Of a DNA stretch of 64,000 bases, positions 40,801-51,400 are shown in pieces (position 1 is the stretch's first letter; every line of letters begins with the position of its first letter). The notes under the pieces were generated by a model. The model had not been told where the DNA came from and made no database searches. It worked only from the letters and a program-made list of their open reading frames with translations. Origin of the DNA: a virus. Taxonomy: Duplodnaviria > Caudoviricetes. The DNA lies in IMG/VR virus record IMGVR_UViG_3300043468_001158. One strand, given 5' to 3'. Position numbers and translations under genes: made by a program.

Positions 40801-43649
40801 ACATCAAGTTTGACTATTGAACTTTCTGCATCACATGTTAGACCAACGTAAGTTGTGGTATCAGATTGATTGATGACTAATGCTTCAATAGTTGTTGGGG
40901 TTAATGTTGGACTTGATTGAGTTACAACTCCTTGGAATCCCTTTTGCCAAATGATATTTCCTAAGCTATCGTACTTTACAACAAAAGCTTTATTCTGAAT
41001 AGCATCTCCAACACTGACATTTTTTGCATATCCACCAACAACGATATCATCATTAGTATCAGCATCAATACATGTTGCATGAAACACAACATTAGATTGC
41101 AATACTGTTCCAGCATCAAAAAGAGCATACCAAAATTCAGGTGGAGCACTTTTGCCGATTGCAGTAATAGTTGGAGTTGTTGTGATGAAAGTAGTATCAT
41201 TGATATTATGAGTAATGATTTCACCAGTCTGGTCAACTAAAATGCGGCTTGTCAAATTATTGTATTGACTAACTATTCTGTCTAATGGTTGATTGACCCA
41301 TTCAGTTCCATTCCAAAGTAAAGATTGATTTGCAGTTGGAGTAGTGATAGTTACATCAAGTAAATCATCTAAGTACTGAATACTAGAAGGAATTGACAGA
41401 GTAGCATTAACCCATTGACTTCCGTTATACTGAAGTACTTGAGTATTTGATGGAGATGTTAAAGTAACATCAGATAGTTCATTAAGATTAGTAGCTCCAA
41501 CATTATCAACAATGTTTGACGCAGATGTCACACGACCTTTAGCATCAACGGTAACGGAGTTATAAGTACCTGGTGTCACACCAGAATTTGCAAGAGTGGT
41601 CGTAATAGTTCCTGTTCCTGTTCCAGTAACATCACCTGTCAATGTAGTTGCTGTTGAAGTAGGCACATTAGTTGCAGCTGTCACACGACCTTTAGCATCA
41701 ACAGTCACTGAGTTATAAGTACCAGCTACAACACCAGTATGACTTAGCGCGGTTGAAATGATACCACGACCACTTGCAAGAACATCACCAGTTAATGTAG
41801 TGTCGTTATCGTAATCAACATTAGATGCACCAACTATTCGACCTTCTGCATTGACAGTAAAGTTATTCCATGTTCCAGGTGTTACACCTGTTGGAGTAAG
41901 TGAAGTATTGATGAGATTTGAACCACTTCCAGTAATTACTCCGGTCAAGGTAACAGTTGTCAAGTAAGGCTCATTTGTTCCGTTTGTCACACGACCTTTA
42001 GCATCTACGGTTACGTTGTTATAAGTACCTTGAGTAACTCCAGTGTTACTTAGCGTTGTTGCAATAGTTGCACTACCACTTCCAGTAACATCGCCTGTCA
42101 GTGTTGAAGAGAGGTCAATCACATCAAAAGTTGCAGCTGTCACACGACCTTTAGCATCTACAGTCACTCGGTTATAGTTACCTGGTGCTACTCCAGTGTT
42201 ACTTAGTTGAAAAACGACATCACCTGGATTGGTAATAGTTCCTAATCCATAATTAGTTCCTAAGAAGTCGGAACCGAAGTTCAATAACTTTGTATTCCAT
42301 GCAGTAACGTCAAGAGACGCGCCATTGACAAAATCTACAAGAAGAGGTGCAACATTTTGGTCTGGGACGAATGAACCACTAATGACACGACCTTTAGCAT
42401 CAACAGTCACTGAGTTATAAGTACCCGGTGTTGTAACATTAGTAAGAGTAACAGGTATTGAAGTTGAACCACTTCCGGTTGCATCACCGCTAAGAGTAAT
42501 CACTTCATTATGAAGCAAGTAAGGCTCAACTGTGCCTGAAGTAGTTCTACCTTTAGCATCTACAGTAACATTGTTATAAGTACCTGGGGTAACACCGGAA
42601 TTTGCAAGAGTGGTGTTGATTGCAGATGAAGATAATCCAGCACCTGATACATCACCCGCTAAAGTAATACCGACAACTGCTTGTATCTGTCCAATACCAC
42701 CTCTCCATTGAATATCAACAAAGATTGAAGTTTTGTCATAGACATAACCAACAACATACTTATCTTGTAATGAAGGTTCTACTAATGAAAGTTCCCCATT
42801 TACGCCAATGTAAAGAGGATGATTGACTTGAGATGGAGCAAAGTTCCACTGTTCATTTCGAACAAGACCGTTAGCAACAACATTACCGATTTGACCAGGG
42901 AAGTATTCATTGGTCATAATACCGTTAATGATTTCTTCCGGTCTATTGCTTGATGCAAGTTTGACTTTGCCAGGAATTTCATATGTTACGAAAGAAAATG
43001 CAGGGATGAACTCGACAGCTTCGCCAAATAGTTGCATTGCTTCAATCTTAAGATTTTCACCTGAAGTATGAGAAGCGATTAAGTTGCTTTCAGATGTAAT
43101 GAATGTGCCATCGCTATCACGCACAGGTTGGGCTGAAGACCCTAAAATGATGCTACCTGCTTTACATGCAACATTCAATCCTGCTTGAGAACCACGAGGT
43201 GACGGGATGACTATTGCGTTATTTGAGTATGTTCCCGCAAAAAGACGAAGCTTTGGTATCCACTTAGCCCCACTCCAAACTTTCATTTGGTTGATGTTAG
43301 TATCATACCAGTGTTGGTCGTTTTGCGGAGATGCTGGTTCATTAGGACCAGCATATGGAGAAACTGAAGTAAAGCCACGAGATAAGGTTGCATTGAGAAG
43401 TGAAATGTCCCAGTAAAGATACTGGGTTTCACCATGAGCCGCCATAGGGCCCCAAGCATGAGTGACAGTTCTTGGTTCAGTTACAAGATAGTCAGCATTG
43501 ACACCATGAGCAATAGCAAAGATAAGAGTATCTTCATCACATACTAAGTCAATGAATTCGTCATTAGAACCAGACTTACGTAAGAAAGTTGCAGTACCAG
43601 ATGTATCGATTTGATGACGTATGATGCCATGTCTAAAAGTTAGTTCCAT
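37815..43649 (-). CDS. Long modular tail fibre (1944 aa)
   Basis: 7x G..PGTYN.VTVDAKGR repeats, LxDV.IT.P..Q.LQYNG..WVN repeats, a beta-propeller-like central region and a duplicated 104-aa distal module. Confidence 0.85.
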   Translation of the reverse strand: MELTFRHGIIRHQIDTSGTATFLRKSGSNDEFIDLVCDEDTLIFAIAHGVNADYLVTEPRTVTHAWGPMAAHGETQYLYWDISLLNATLSRGFTSVSPYAGPNEPASPQNDQHWYDTNINQMKVWSGAKWIPKLRLFAGTYSNNAIVIPSPRGSQAGLNVACKAGSIILGSSAQPVRDSDGTFITSESNLIASHTSGENLKIEAMQLFGEAVEFIPAFSFVTYEIPGKVKLASSNRPEEIINGIMTNEYFPGQIGNVVANGLVRNEQWNFAPSQVNHPLYIGVNGELSLVEPSLQDKYVVGYVYDKTSIFVDIQWRGGIGQIQAVVGITLAGDVSGAGLSSSAINTTLANSGVTPGTYNNVTVDAKGRTTSGTVEPYLLHNEVITLSGDATGSGSTSIPVTLTNVTTPGTYNSVTVDAKGRVISGSFVPDQNVAPLLVDFVNGASLDVTAWNTKLLNFGSDFLGTNYGLGTITNPGDVVFQLSNTGVAPGNYNRVTVDAKGRVTAATFDVIDLSSTLTGDVTGSGSATIATTLSNTGVTQGTYNNVTVDAKGRVTNGTNEPYLTTVTLTGVITGSGSNLINTSLTPTGVTPGTWNNFTVNAEGRIVGASNVDYDNDTTLTGDVLASGRGIISTALSHTGVVAGTYNSVTVDAKGRVTAATNVPTSTATTLTGDVTGTGTGTITTTLANSGVTPGTYNSVTVDAKGRVTSASNIVDNVGATNLNELSDVTLTSPSNTQVLQYNGSQWVNATLSIPSSIQYLDDLLDVTITTPTANQSLLWNGTEWVNQPLDRIVSQYNNLTSRILVDQTGEIITHNINDTTFITTTPTITAIGKSAPPEFWYALFDAGTVLQSNVVFHATCIDADTNDDIVVGGYAKNVSVGDAIQNKAFVVKYDSLGNIIWQKGFQGVVTQSSPTLTPTTIEALVINQSDTTTYVGLTCDAESSIVKLDVLGNIVWQTKFDTYYGTISDMVVRANDSSLYVSGYQDSDGRGYIGKINMTTGAVDFFYELQRFRTYALELSSSGNELFVGGDLFDSPLDDNFANIFKFNVTGNSFTFVSNVTVNLTGGKRYVELKRSGTSIYALGTQPASWTMGDYSIIKYNEATLAVEASKQFYDAFFVRFVNGVGMSLDINGNVYVLGYEGDQYAPANNQLSLVKFNSSLVLEWQKTFGHPTFGDRHYNLNGIVTNGNAVYITGSTFDMYASSGLILKYPQDGSITGTFGTHVIANDSKFEGTPMHTVQSIVPSAITSLTPSTTSSVISIAQSNVSHLSFISISGGVDYYIDLIGQLQINGSPGHAGEVLTSNGATALPSWNTLAIPSTLDNLSDVSINSTFPLMASDVLTYHLGEWKNSQLPIASYMTTGVVKIGSGLSIDGSGLLSATASATNLDGLSDVVITSPTTNQLLQYNGTSWVNTSVGISSTNLDGLSDVVITSPVTNQLLQYNGTSWVNTSGGITLSQYSTDANFASITTQKARGTSTTPTAILSGDRIFGLYSKGYHSGAAFSPNSAAIQFIASENYTSTAQGNYISFETTKNTTNVRLEQIRITDQGHLQFVQSGQRIWGDFGNATHANRPSFQSNVTNNNTMIPILPNGTSTTAGIFAANSSNVTNSAFAQLVVTSTYAGLASGALGTGTFLPISFLTNNIEQVKITTQGNLQFVQLGQKILGEFGNANHALRPTFQSSVTNTNTVIPIMPNGTSQQAGIIAFNNSNIVNASNIQIYTTDVDTRISSGAFGTGTYLPLSIYTNNTEQVRILETAYSVNYLTLQGNIATNPVQIGANGTDTNITIKIAPKGTGEVQFAANNLAHNNGNFSTYGDAISRDYVLRNSTTTATQTELFLNGSSTRMVLANDSTWKFQVQVVARRTDVNDESASFTLDGCIDRNASAATTALVGTVTLSNVIKDSPAWDVTAYADTTNGALRILVSGEAGKTIRWVAFVKTIEVIG
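38405..39029 (-). repeat. Duplicated 312-bp (104-aa) module in the fibre's distal region
   Basis: EQIRITDQGHLQFVQSGQ... vs EQVKITTQGNLQFVQLGQ..., period 312 bp. Confidence 0.85.
39296..39499 (-). repeat. Near-perfect 108-bp-period tandem duplication in the fibre
   Basis: Two copies of about 96 bp with 3 mismatches by eye (LDGLSDVVITSP.TNQLLQYNGTSWVN). Confidence 0.9.
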
Positions 43650-43694
43650 AATGATGAATACCTGTATCGTAATGTATGTAAAGAGTGATACAGG

Positions 43695-43702
43695 TATTTA
43701 TC
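43695..43702 (-). promoter_or_regulatory. T4-type late promoter motif (GATAAATA)
   Basis: 46 bp upstream of ATG 43649. Confidence 0.55.
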
Positions 43703-43714
43703 TAAACTAGGCTT

Positions 43715-44305
43715 CTATGAAACACTAATCGTTAAAGTATAACGAAGTCTTAAGTTACGATTTTGAGTTTTTGCAATTGGATGAAAGACAATGTGTGTTA
43801 GTAAGTACGGATGATTGACATCATCACTTTCTGCGAATAAGCCAAGTTCATCAAATTCGAACGCATATCCACCAGGTTCGTTGATATTACCAGCACCATC
43901 CGCATCAGTAAGCCATTGGCCACTACCCGGTTCATCGGGTGCAATCGTAAAGATGACTTCAACTAATGAAGTTACATCAGTCGTAGAAGCCATAGCAGTT
44001 ACTGAATTACCGGCTGCATCAGCAAATTCTGAATAGGTTTCATTGTATAGTTTTGCAGTAGTGCCAATAGTATTCGGAATGTTGAAGTGTAATGCTCCAG
44101 TGCTATCAACATAGCTTCCACCATTACCAACTGCTACTTTCCAAATGTGACTTTTGTTCTGGTTAGCAAGTCCTCTTGCAATGATATAGGCCATGTTCTC
44201 TGGATGAACTGCATTACAATCATCTAAGAAGATTTCACCAGTATTGGTATCTTCGATAATAACTCGTGAAGCAAACTTAACAGCTGCTTTATCTTGTGTT
44301 TGCAT
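43715..44305 (-). CDS. Baseplate/tail-collar-fibre-like protein
   Basis: VAVGNGG, FDELGLF, LLTH..FHPI.K..NR.L.LRYTL pattern, located between wedge and fibre. Confidence 0.6.
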   Translation of the reverse strand: MQTQDKAAVKFASRVIIEDTNTGEIFLDDCNAVHPENMAYIIARGLANQNKSHIWKVAVGNGGSYVDSTGALHFNIPNTIGTTAKLYNETYSEFADAAGNSVTAMASTTDVTSLVEVIFTIAPDEPGSGQWLTDADGAGNINEPGGYAFEFDELGLFAESDDVNHPYLLTHIVFHPIAKTQNRNLRLRYTLTISVS

Positions 44306-44341
44306 AGTATGTATAACTCCGTGTGTAAATGTTTGTTGTAT

Positions 44342-47300
44342 TTAGTAAGATACTAATTGCAAGGGTTGAGGTCTATGAATGGTAATTGCTTTATACGATG
44401 GCTGTCCAGGAATACTACTTGTAGTATAATCCAGACCTTCTTGTAATAAGTATCCTCTAACTCCAATTCCAGGAACTGACGGCGCATTAGTATAAAGTTC
44501 AATAACATTAGTCGCATCTTCTAACTGAAGTAACAATTCTGCAACAGGATGTTCTATTCTAGTGTCAGTGTAAGTATCATGTAATTGTAATAAGATGTCT
44601 AATACTCTAATATTAGATGGGTCTGGTAAATCTTCATCATATCCACCAAGTAAGTATGGAAGACCAGTTTCTAAATTGATTGCAAAATCAACCATATCAT
44701 ATCCATACATATCATATCCATGATAAGCAAGTATTTCATAATCAGACCTTGCATCTAACGAGAAGTCATCAAATTTTGTATCTGCCCAGTTATCACCATC
44801 ATCAGTTCCGGGAACTCCGGTATCCGGTAAATTGACGTTGATTGACTCTACCTCAATGTTAAGCATTTCAAGTTGCTCATACATCTTCACACGTACTAAG
44901 TCATTGTATTCATCAGCTTGTTCTACACGAATAGTTAGTTCAGTGTTTAGCTTCAAGTAATTAGAAGCAAAATGTGGAGTAACATCAAGCACTTGTCTAA
45001 AGACGTTATCAACTGGGTCAGCCATCCAAGTAATCGTTCCAACTTTGTTATGCTTTGCTTCTGATTGATAAGCAACATTACTTAAGAAGACATCATAGAT
45101 GTAAGCTCGGTCCGGAATGTTTGGCGACTGCTTATGTGGCTTATTAGGAAACGCACCGTCATTTGCTGTTCCGTAACCTGTAGTGTCATAAGGTTCAAAC
45201 TCAAAGATAGCATCATATGGTCCGTTACCTTGAGGGTCAACATTGATTTCGTTGAAGCTATTGAAGATAACTTGACCATTTTGAATAAGTGTTGTTGCAG
45301 GACTTGTATAGTTCAGTGGAGTAAGTGTATGTCCAAAGACGTCATACCCAAGTCTAAGGATATGTCCATCATATCCTTTGCCAACATTATAGTCATCCGA
45401 TGCGACAAGATATGTTGGGATAAGTTCTGAATAGCTTCCAAGTTCAGGATGATTAGTTCTAAGTTCTAATGTCAAGTTATCTTCACGATAAGTATTGACA
45501 CGTAATGTATTGATTGGACCTACTTGATGTGGAAGAAGTAAGACATCTTGCGAATGACACATTTTGAACTTATTAGCAATAATGCTAATAGAGAACTCAA
45601 AGTCACTTGCATATGATCCAGGTTCAATTGTAAAGTTGAACATATTACTTCTTTCGGCGCCACGTTCAGCACATTCGGCAAATACTACTTCATACGGGTC
45701 ACTACCTCCTACAATGGCTGATTGAAGTTGTCCTCTTGAACTTGAATAGACTAAGAACTGGTCGTACTCATCTATAAGAGGGCATTGGTCAATTTCTGGA
45801 TGAAACTTCAAGTCTAATCGTTCATCATCTGCATCAAGTCGTGGAGGTTCATTGAAAGTAATGACATTACCATTTGAAAGAGTTATAGCTCCAGCACCTG
45901 TAAGAGCAACTCCTTGTAAAGTATTCCCTTCATGAACTTGATACTTCGGTAAGTCAAGTTGAAAACCTATCTTCCCATTCCAGTAATATTGTCCAACCAC
46001 TGCAGGTTTAGTATAACCTGTGACTGAACCATGTACTAAGTAGTTAGGTCTTTCAGCAAGTATCTCAAAGTGAAAAGTATCTCCGTCAAGTAAGTCTAAT
46101 GCTGCTATACTTCTTTCAGTATAACCTAGCATATAGTTACGAGGATCTTCAAGCATCTTGGATATATCAAAGACTTCTGATGAACTGACAAGTCTGAACC
46201 TTACCAAACCATTATCATACTCATGTCCAAGGAATGCATTAGGATGCTCACCTGTTACTGAACCATCTACATAGAAGCACTTTTCGGATGCACTGAACGT
46301 AAGCTGAATAACTTCTGTCACTGCATTTGAGTATGCTTGTCCAAGAGGCAATAACTTGAGTGTTTCGCGACCTGGGTGGAATTCAGTGATGGTTCCAAAG
46401 TATGGAACATTAGTTAGACCATTATCATATGGGTTATAGATTGGTGAGCTATAGTCATCAGTATCATATCCAAAGGCAAAGTATGCATAATCTCCTACAT
46501 GCAATTGTCTTATAGAAGAAGTAATCGTAAACTCAAATAAGTCATCAGTTCCATTATTGATAGTGAAAGATGAACCTGTTCCACTAAAAGGTGGTTGATT
46601 GGTTGCTAAGTCGGTAATCAAATAAGTATCAGGTAATGATACAAGCTCTATCTTATAACGATGACGTAAGTAGTCAAATTCAGGTAAAGTAATGTCAAAC
46701 CCGTTCGGGTCAAGGGGATTAGGGATATCTTTTAGTGCTCGTATTTGAACAAGTGGTAATCCAACATATTCATGAACTAATTGACGGTAAGAAATCGGAT
46801 TGACTTTGATAAGTGTCCAGATTTCTTCCGGTGCATTAGGATGAATAGTAAAGCCTTCTTCTCGAAGTTCAATGTATGCTTCTAATCCACTTCCACCAGT
46901 AATATCGAATGAGATATGTTCATTCTCAAACCTATCAATCACATGACTAAACACGATTGGGGTCAAGTCATCATGAACGGGTTCATTAAGTCGAATATGA
47001 CCCGGTGTGATTGATGTAAAGCCGGTGTTTAGACCATCGACTAATACTGATGACGGGTCATGAGCAATATAGAAGTCTTGTTGTTCAATAGTAGGAGTAA
47101 CAACAATTGAGCCAGTCGTTACAAGTTTTGCATATCCTAATAGTCCTTCATTTCTGCTAGTTACTTTATATGAATTGTTATATCCGTAAGATACATAGCC
47201 TTTATAAGCTGACGGGAAAGTCAACGTCATTGCAACTGGAGATACAACAAAGTCAGGAGAATAGTCTTGAACATAAGAACCTATACCGTCATCGACATAT

Positions 47301-48454
47301 ATTGCAAAGAATGACAAGTCCGTTCCACTAAAGTTTCCAGGAATAGTCCAAGTAGTTGCAAGAGTTGATTGAGTAAATCCAAATGGCAAATTAGGTAAAA
47401 AGACTTTACCAACTTGTGGCATGCTAAACTGAAGTTCTACAGTATCTGCATCAAGAACTTTAGTTTCAACTGGAATAAGATACTCATAAGTAGATGGAGC
47501 AACTTCAATTAGTGGTTGAGCAAATACATTTAGACTATTATGGTTATGAGTAATAGTCCAGGTTGTTGATGGTACTGATTGAACAAATACTTGGTCAGGA
47601 ATAGTTTCATATACCACTACTTTACCAGTATGTGGCACCCCTAAAGTAATTTCAATAGTATTGTTATCAATAACAACAACTTGCATTGCAAGAATAGCTT
47701 CATATACTCCAGGAATATTCGATTCAATGTATGCTTGCCACATAATATTAGTTGAATCAAAGTTGTGATGAACCGTCCAAACATTCGATGCAATTGGAAA
47801 ATCAAATTGAACAATAGGATTTCGTTCAATAGTCCATTTATCAAATGATAATGAAGTATCTTTGAAGAAGATATTCGAAACATTGATTGGATTGAGCGGG
47901 TCTTTTTGAACGAGTAACAAACCTTCCCAAGTCTGAATTGGGGATTGAAAATCGCGATGAGGTTCTTGCCATTTACGAACAGCAGAACTAGGTTCATTCA
48001 GCTTGACAGACAACATACCCTTACTTACATAGTAGTCAAGTCCTTCAGCTAAACTTTCAGTTCCATTGACTATAACTGACTCGATACCTCTAGATGCTCG
48101 TAATTGATATGCGTTATCAATCCCGTAACTTGTTAGAAGATAGTTCGCTTTGCCAAAGTTTGAAGCTGTACTAAGAGTACTATCATAGTAATGTTGGTTA
48201 GACTCTAATGAATAACGCGGAAGATTGTAAGAAGGTGTCAAGAACCTACTACGTTGTCCATCATTGAAATACGACTTCTCCCATACTGAACTAAGTTCAA
48301 TGTCAATGAATATGTTATCTTTGATATTGACATTGAACGAGTCATAGAAGTCATACTGCTCTATGATTTCACTGATTTTGCAATGATAAGGTTTAGTATC
48401 AAGAACGTAATCAACTAAACCCTGAACATATTGTGATTTATTAGAAATAGACAT
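44342..48454 (-). CDS. Large baseplate-associated structural protein (1370 aa)
   Basis: Starts LVDYVLDTKPYHCKI, has GYD-rich segments and three W.I.HN domains, and overlaps the giant wedge gene. Confidence 0.7.
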   Translation of the reverse strand: MSISNKSQYVQGLVDYVLDTKPYHCKISEIIEQYDFYDSFNVNIKDNIFIDIELSSVWEKSYFNDGQRSRFLTPSYNLPRYSLESNQHYYDSTLSTASNFGKANYLLTSYGIDNAYQLRASRGIESVIVNGTESLAEGLDYYVSKGMLSVKLNEPSSAVRKWQEPHRDFQSPIQTWEGLLLVQKDPLNPINVSNIFFKDTSLSFDKWTIERNPIVQFDFPIASNVWTVHHNFDSTNIMWQAYIESNIPGVYEAILAMQVVVIDNNTIEITLGVPHTGKVVVYETIPDQVFVQSVPSTTWTITHNHNSLNVFAQPLIEVAPSTYEYLIPVETKVLDADTVELQFSMPQVGKVFLPNLPFGFTQSTLATTWTIPGNFSGTDLSFFAIYVDDGIGSYVQDYSPDFVVSPVAMTLTFPSAYKGYVSYGYNNSYKVTSRNEGLLGYAKLVTTGSIVVTPTIEQQDFYIAHDPSSVLVDGLNTGFTSITPGHIRLNEPVHDDLTPIVFSHVIDRFENEHISFDITGGSGLEAYIELREEGFTIHPNAPEEIWTLIKVNPISYRQLVHEYVGLPLVQIRALKDIPNPLDPNGFDITLPEFDYLRHRYKIELVSLPDTYLITDLATNQPPFSGTGSSFTINNGTDDLFEFTITSSIRQLHVGDYAYFAFGYDTDDYSSPIYNPYDNGLTNVPYFGTITEFHPGRETLKLLPLGQAYSNAVTEVIQLTFSASEKCFYVDGSVTGEHPNAFLGHEYDNGLVRFRLVSSSEVFDISKMLEDPRNYMLGYTERSIAALDLLDGDTFHFEILAERPNYLVHGSVTGYTKPAVVGQYYWNGKIGFQLDLPKYQVHEGNTLQGVALTGAGAITLSNGNVITFNEPPRLDADDERLDLKFHPEIDQCPLIDEYDQFLVYSSSRGQLQSAIVGGSDPYEVVFAECAERGAERSNMFNFTIEPGSYASDFEFSISIIANKFKMCHSQDVLLLPHQVGPINTLRVNTYREDNLTLELRTNHPELGSYSELIPTYLVASDDYNVGKGYDGHILRLGYDVFGHTLTPLNYTSPATTLIQNGQVIFNSFNEINVDPQGNGPYDAIFEFEPYDTTGYGTANDGAFPNKPHKQSPNIPDRAYIYDVFLSNVAYQSEAKHNKVGTITWMADPVDNVFRQVLDVTPHFASNYLKLNTELTIRVEQADEYNDLVRVKMYEQLEMLNIEVESINVNLPDTGVPGTDDGDNWADTKFDDFSLDARSDYEILAYHGYDMYGYDMVDFAINLETGLPYLLGGYDEDLPDPSNIRVLDILLQLHDTYTDTRIEHPVAELLLQLEDATNVIELYTNAPSVPGIGVRGYLLQEGLDYTTSSIPGQPSYKAITIHRPQPLQLVSY

Positions 48455-51400
48455 CTGCGTTGTTTACAATAGTTTCTGGAGTAACGGTGATGATGCTATG
48501 AACTGAAAGTCTTGAAGTTTTGAAGATGTCAGTGAACTCATAGTTATTGGCAAGTGCATCATTTAGCACCTCAAAGAATAGTTCGTTGATATGTTGTGGC
48601 AAAGCATGTCTCCAGATATAGTCTAAAACTTGACGAGTAGAAGCCGGTGTCACGAACCAAGTTGATGATTGTGATAGGTCTAACCCGTTGATAGTTGCTG
48701 TAGTATTTATCCCGTTTAGATAAACTGAAGTTTTAGGATTTAGAATGCTATTAGTTAGTGAAGCAATAATCAATGAACGGTCAGCTAATACTTGGTCATC
48801 TCTAAAACCATAACGAGTTCTTGTACCATGTCTTTCATCATATAAGACTTTGTTCAATGCAGGTATTGCTTGACCTGCCAGGTTAGTACCGGCAGCAGAG
48901 TCAACAAGTTTGTTCCAAAGTGTAAGAGGTATCTTCATATCTTGTTGAGGTCTAATCAATGTCCATTCAGTATGAGAGTTCTTCAAATCAAGGTCTTGTG
49001 GGTTATCACGTAAGCTAAAGTCACGCGTAAAGCGAAGCTTATACGTATTATCCTTATTAACCATCATGTTCAATCCAGCAATCGTAATACCATGATAAGC
49101 GCCATCAAACAACTCTTGGAAAGTTAAGTAAGTAGAAGGTCCTTCACGAAGTAATTGAGCAGATTGCTGACAAGTCAATTGCTTATTACCTACAGGCACT
49201 GTCTTATCTTTTACCCAAAAGTAATAAGTATCGCCAGTGATATTACCAGAACTATCACGTGAAGGACGTATAACATATTGATAGTCTGACTTATATTGAG
49301 TTTGGATACTTGGGTCATCAGATACATCAGGGTCAAAAGCAAGTTCATCAGAAGTTGGTTCATAAGCAGACATAATAGCAACTACTTCATGTCCATGTGG
49401 AATAGCTTGAGTAGTTGAAATCAAAGTCCCGTTAGTTGAATAGAATGTACGAGGTTGGCTAATGCCATTCAAGTATAGACGTAATGTATTGTCCGCTATT
49501 CGGTTAGAAGAAGTAACTTGCAAGTCTAATGTATTACCACTTCCAAACTTACGAATGACTTCTTGTTGCAATAATATCCAATCACCCCAAACAGGATTGA
49601 ACTTTTCAACTGTGGTCCCGTCATTCAATACGAGTGGCTCTTTTTCATATGCAACAATTTCGTCAATCACTTGTCTTACCGAAGGCACTTCAACATAATC
49701 GCCATACACTGGAGTCCAACTATTATGTGGGTATTTGAGGTCGTTATCAAGTATCTCTTGGGTTGGAACATTGTAACCAATCCAACCGTATTCGTCAAGT
49801 ACAGTAGAAGTGCTATTCTCGATGCCAATAGAACCAGTAGATGCATCATACCCAATGACAACCATAGCACCAATAGTGCCAAGTTCATCTATGACTTGTT
49901 GAGCATCTACTCCACTAGCAAAGTAATCAGGATGTACATTCACATTGATAGTAATATGTCCAAGATTGAAGCTAAAAGTTTCTACAAGAGGTTGAATTGC
50001 TAAAGCAACCGAAGTCAAGGTATCAATAGCAAGTGATGATACGACTAATGATGAACCCGACGGTGTCGCTTGTATTAGTTTCAAGTAATAGGTATCATTA
50101 GTTGTATTAAGTTCTCCAGTTACTGAATATGTGCCAACTGAAGCAGTTGGGTTTTTCACAAAAGTGACTTCACTAAATGCATTGATGCCGGTCACTGTCA
50201 ATTTGTTATCATATGACACTGGCAAATTGATAGGTAACACATTGTCCAAAATCGAATGAGGGAACTGAATAAGTACTGTCACTGGAGCAACTTCTTTGAT
50301 TTCCAAGTTGAACAGTCCAACATCAGGAGATAAGACTTGTTGAAGGGCAACACTTATCTCAGCACCTGTCATAGTAGCGACAGCAGTTGTTGCTATCATC
50401 TTGATACCTAATTGAACGAAGTCAATTTCATAAGACCCGCCAACTTGACCACTATAGTCGTATAGTGGTTGGGTAACAGATAGAGACCCACCTGATGCTT
50501 GTTCAATAGCACGAATGTAATAAGTTGAACCAACTTGACTCCATTCAAATTCAATATGACCAATTGCTGCACCTTTGTAGTTCTTGTTATCAGACCAAAC
50601 AAACTGAATAACATCGAAGTAATTCCCGTCACCAGCACTTACGTGCATATCACCAGAATGATAACCATCACTTAATGTAAACGCGATTGGTCCGTTAAGT
50701 ATTGCTTCACCATAAGGTTTGCCACCTAAGAACCCGCTAAAATGCATACCTGGCACTAACCCGTATTGTGCAAAGCGACCTTTCTCTAACGAGACAAACG
50801 TTTCGCCAACACCTGGGCTATTCAATGTCAAACGAGTTGTTCCTGCTTTGAACAATTGAACATCTTGTGCTTCAGGTGGAGTTGGAACATATGACCATGC
50901 AATAGGTCTTGCTTCCCAAGTTCTTGTTCTTTTGTATGATTGCTTACGAGCAGCTTTACCAGTTTTCTTATCTTCAAGTGCAACGTCTGCTGACAATTGG
51001 TCGATTGCAGAACGAGCATCATATTCACTTGGAGCTATTGAAGACTTAACCCATTCGTAGACATTGATTGACGAGTATTCAGCCATGCTACCCCAACGGC
51101 CAAGTCTTTCTTCAAAAGTTGGAAAGATTTGCTTGTCATGGTAAGGCACATATTCAAGTAGTGTTTTGTCCCACCAAGTTCTTCCTACCTCTCTGTCACC
51201 CCATGATTTTTGAGGGTCAAAGTTAGGGTTCTTAACAGTCAAAGTTGAATAGTTGTAGAATGCAGGGTCTTTTTCCGATACAACATTGATGACTTCCATT
51301 GCAATAGCAGTATGATTATCAAATGCTGGATGCCAAGTAGTAATGTCTTCAATCAAAGCTCTATCAACATAGTCAAACAGTTTGATTGGTGAGAACTTTG

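Noticed and set aside
37815-43649. Diversity-generating retroelement acting on the fibre
   Set aside because: No reverse transcriptase in the window. The repeats are in-frame tandem duplications without adenine-specific mismatches or a non-coding template copy.
48441-48460. Canonical programmed frameshift joining the two baseplate ORFs
   Set aside because: No X XXY YYZ slippery heptamer, and a +1 slip from TTC to TCT would not re-pair. An in-frame stop lies four codons before the downstream ATG.
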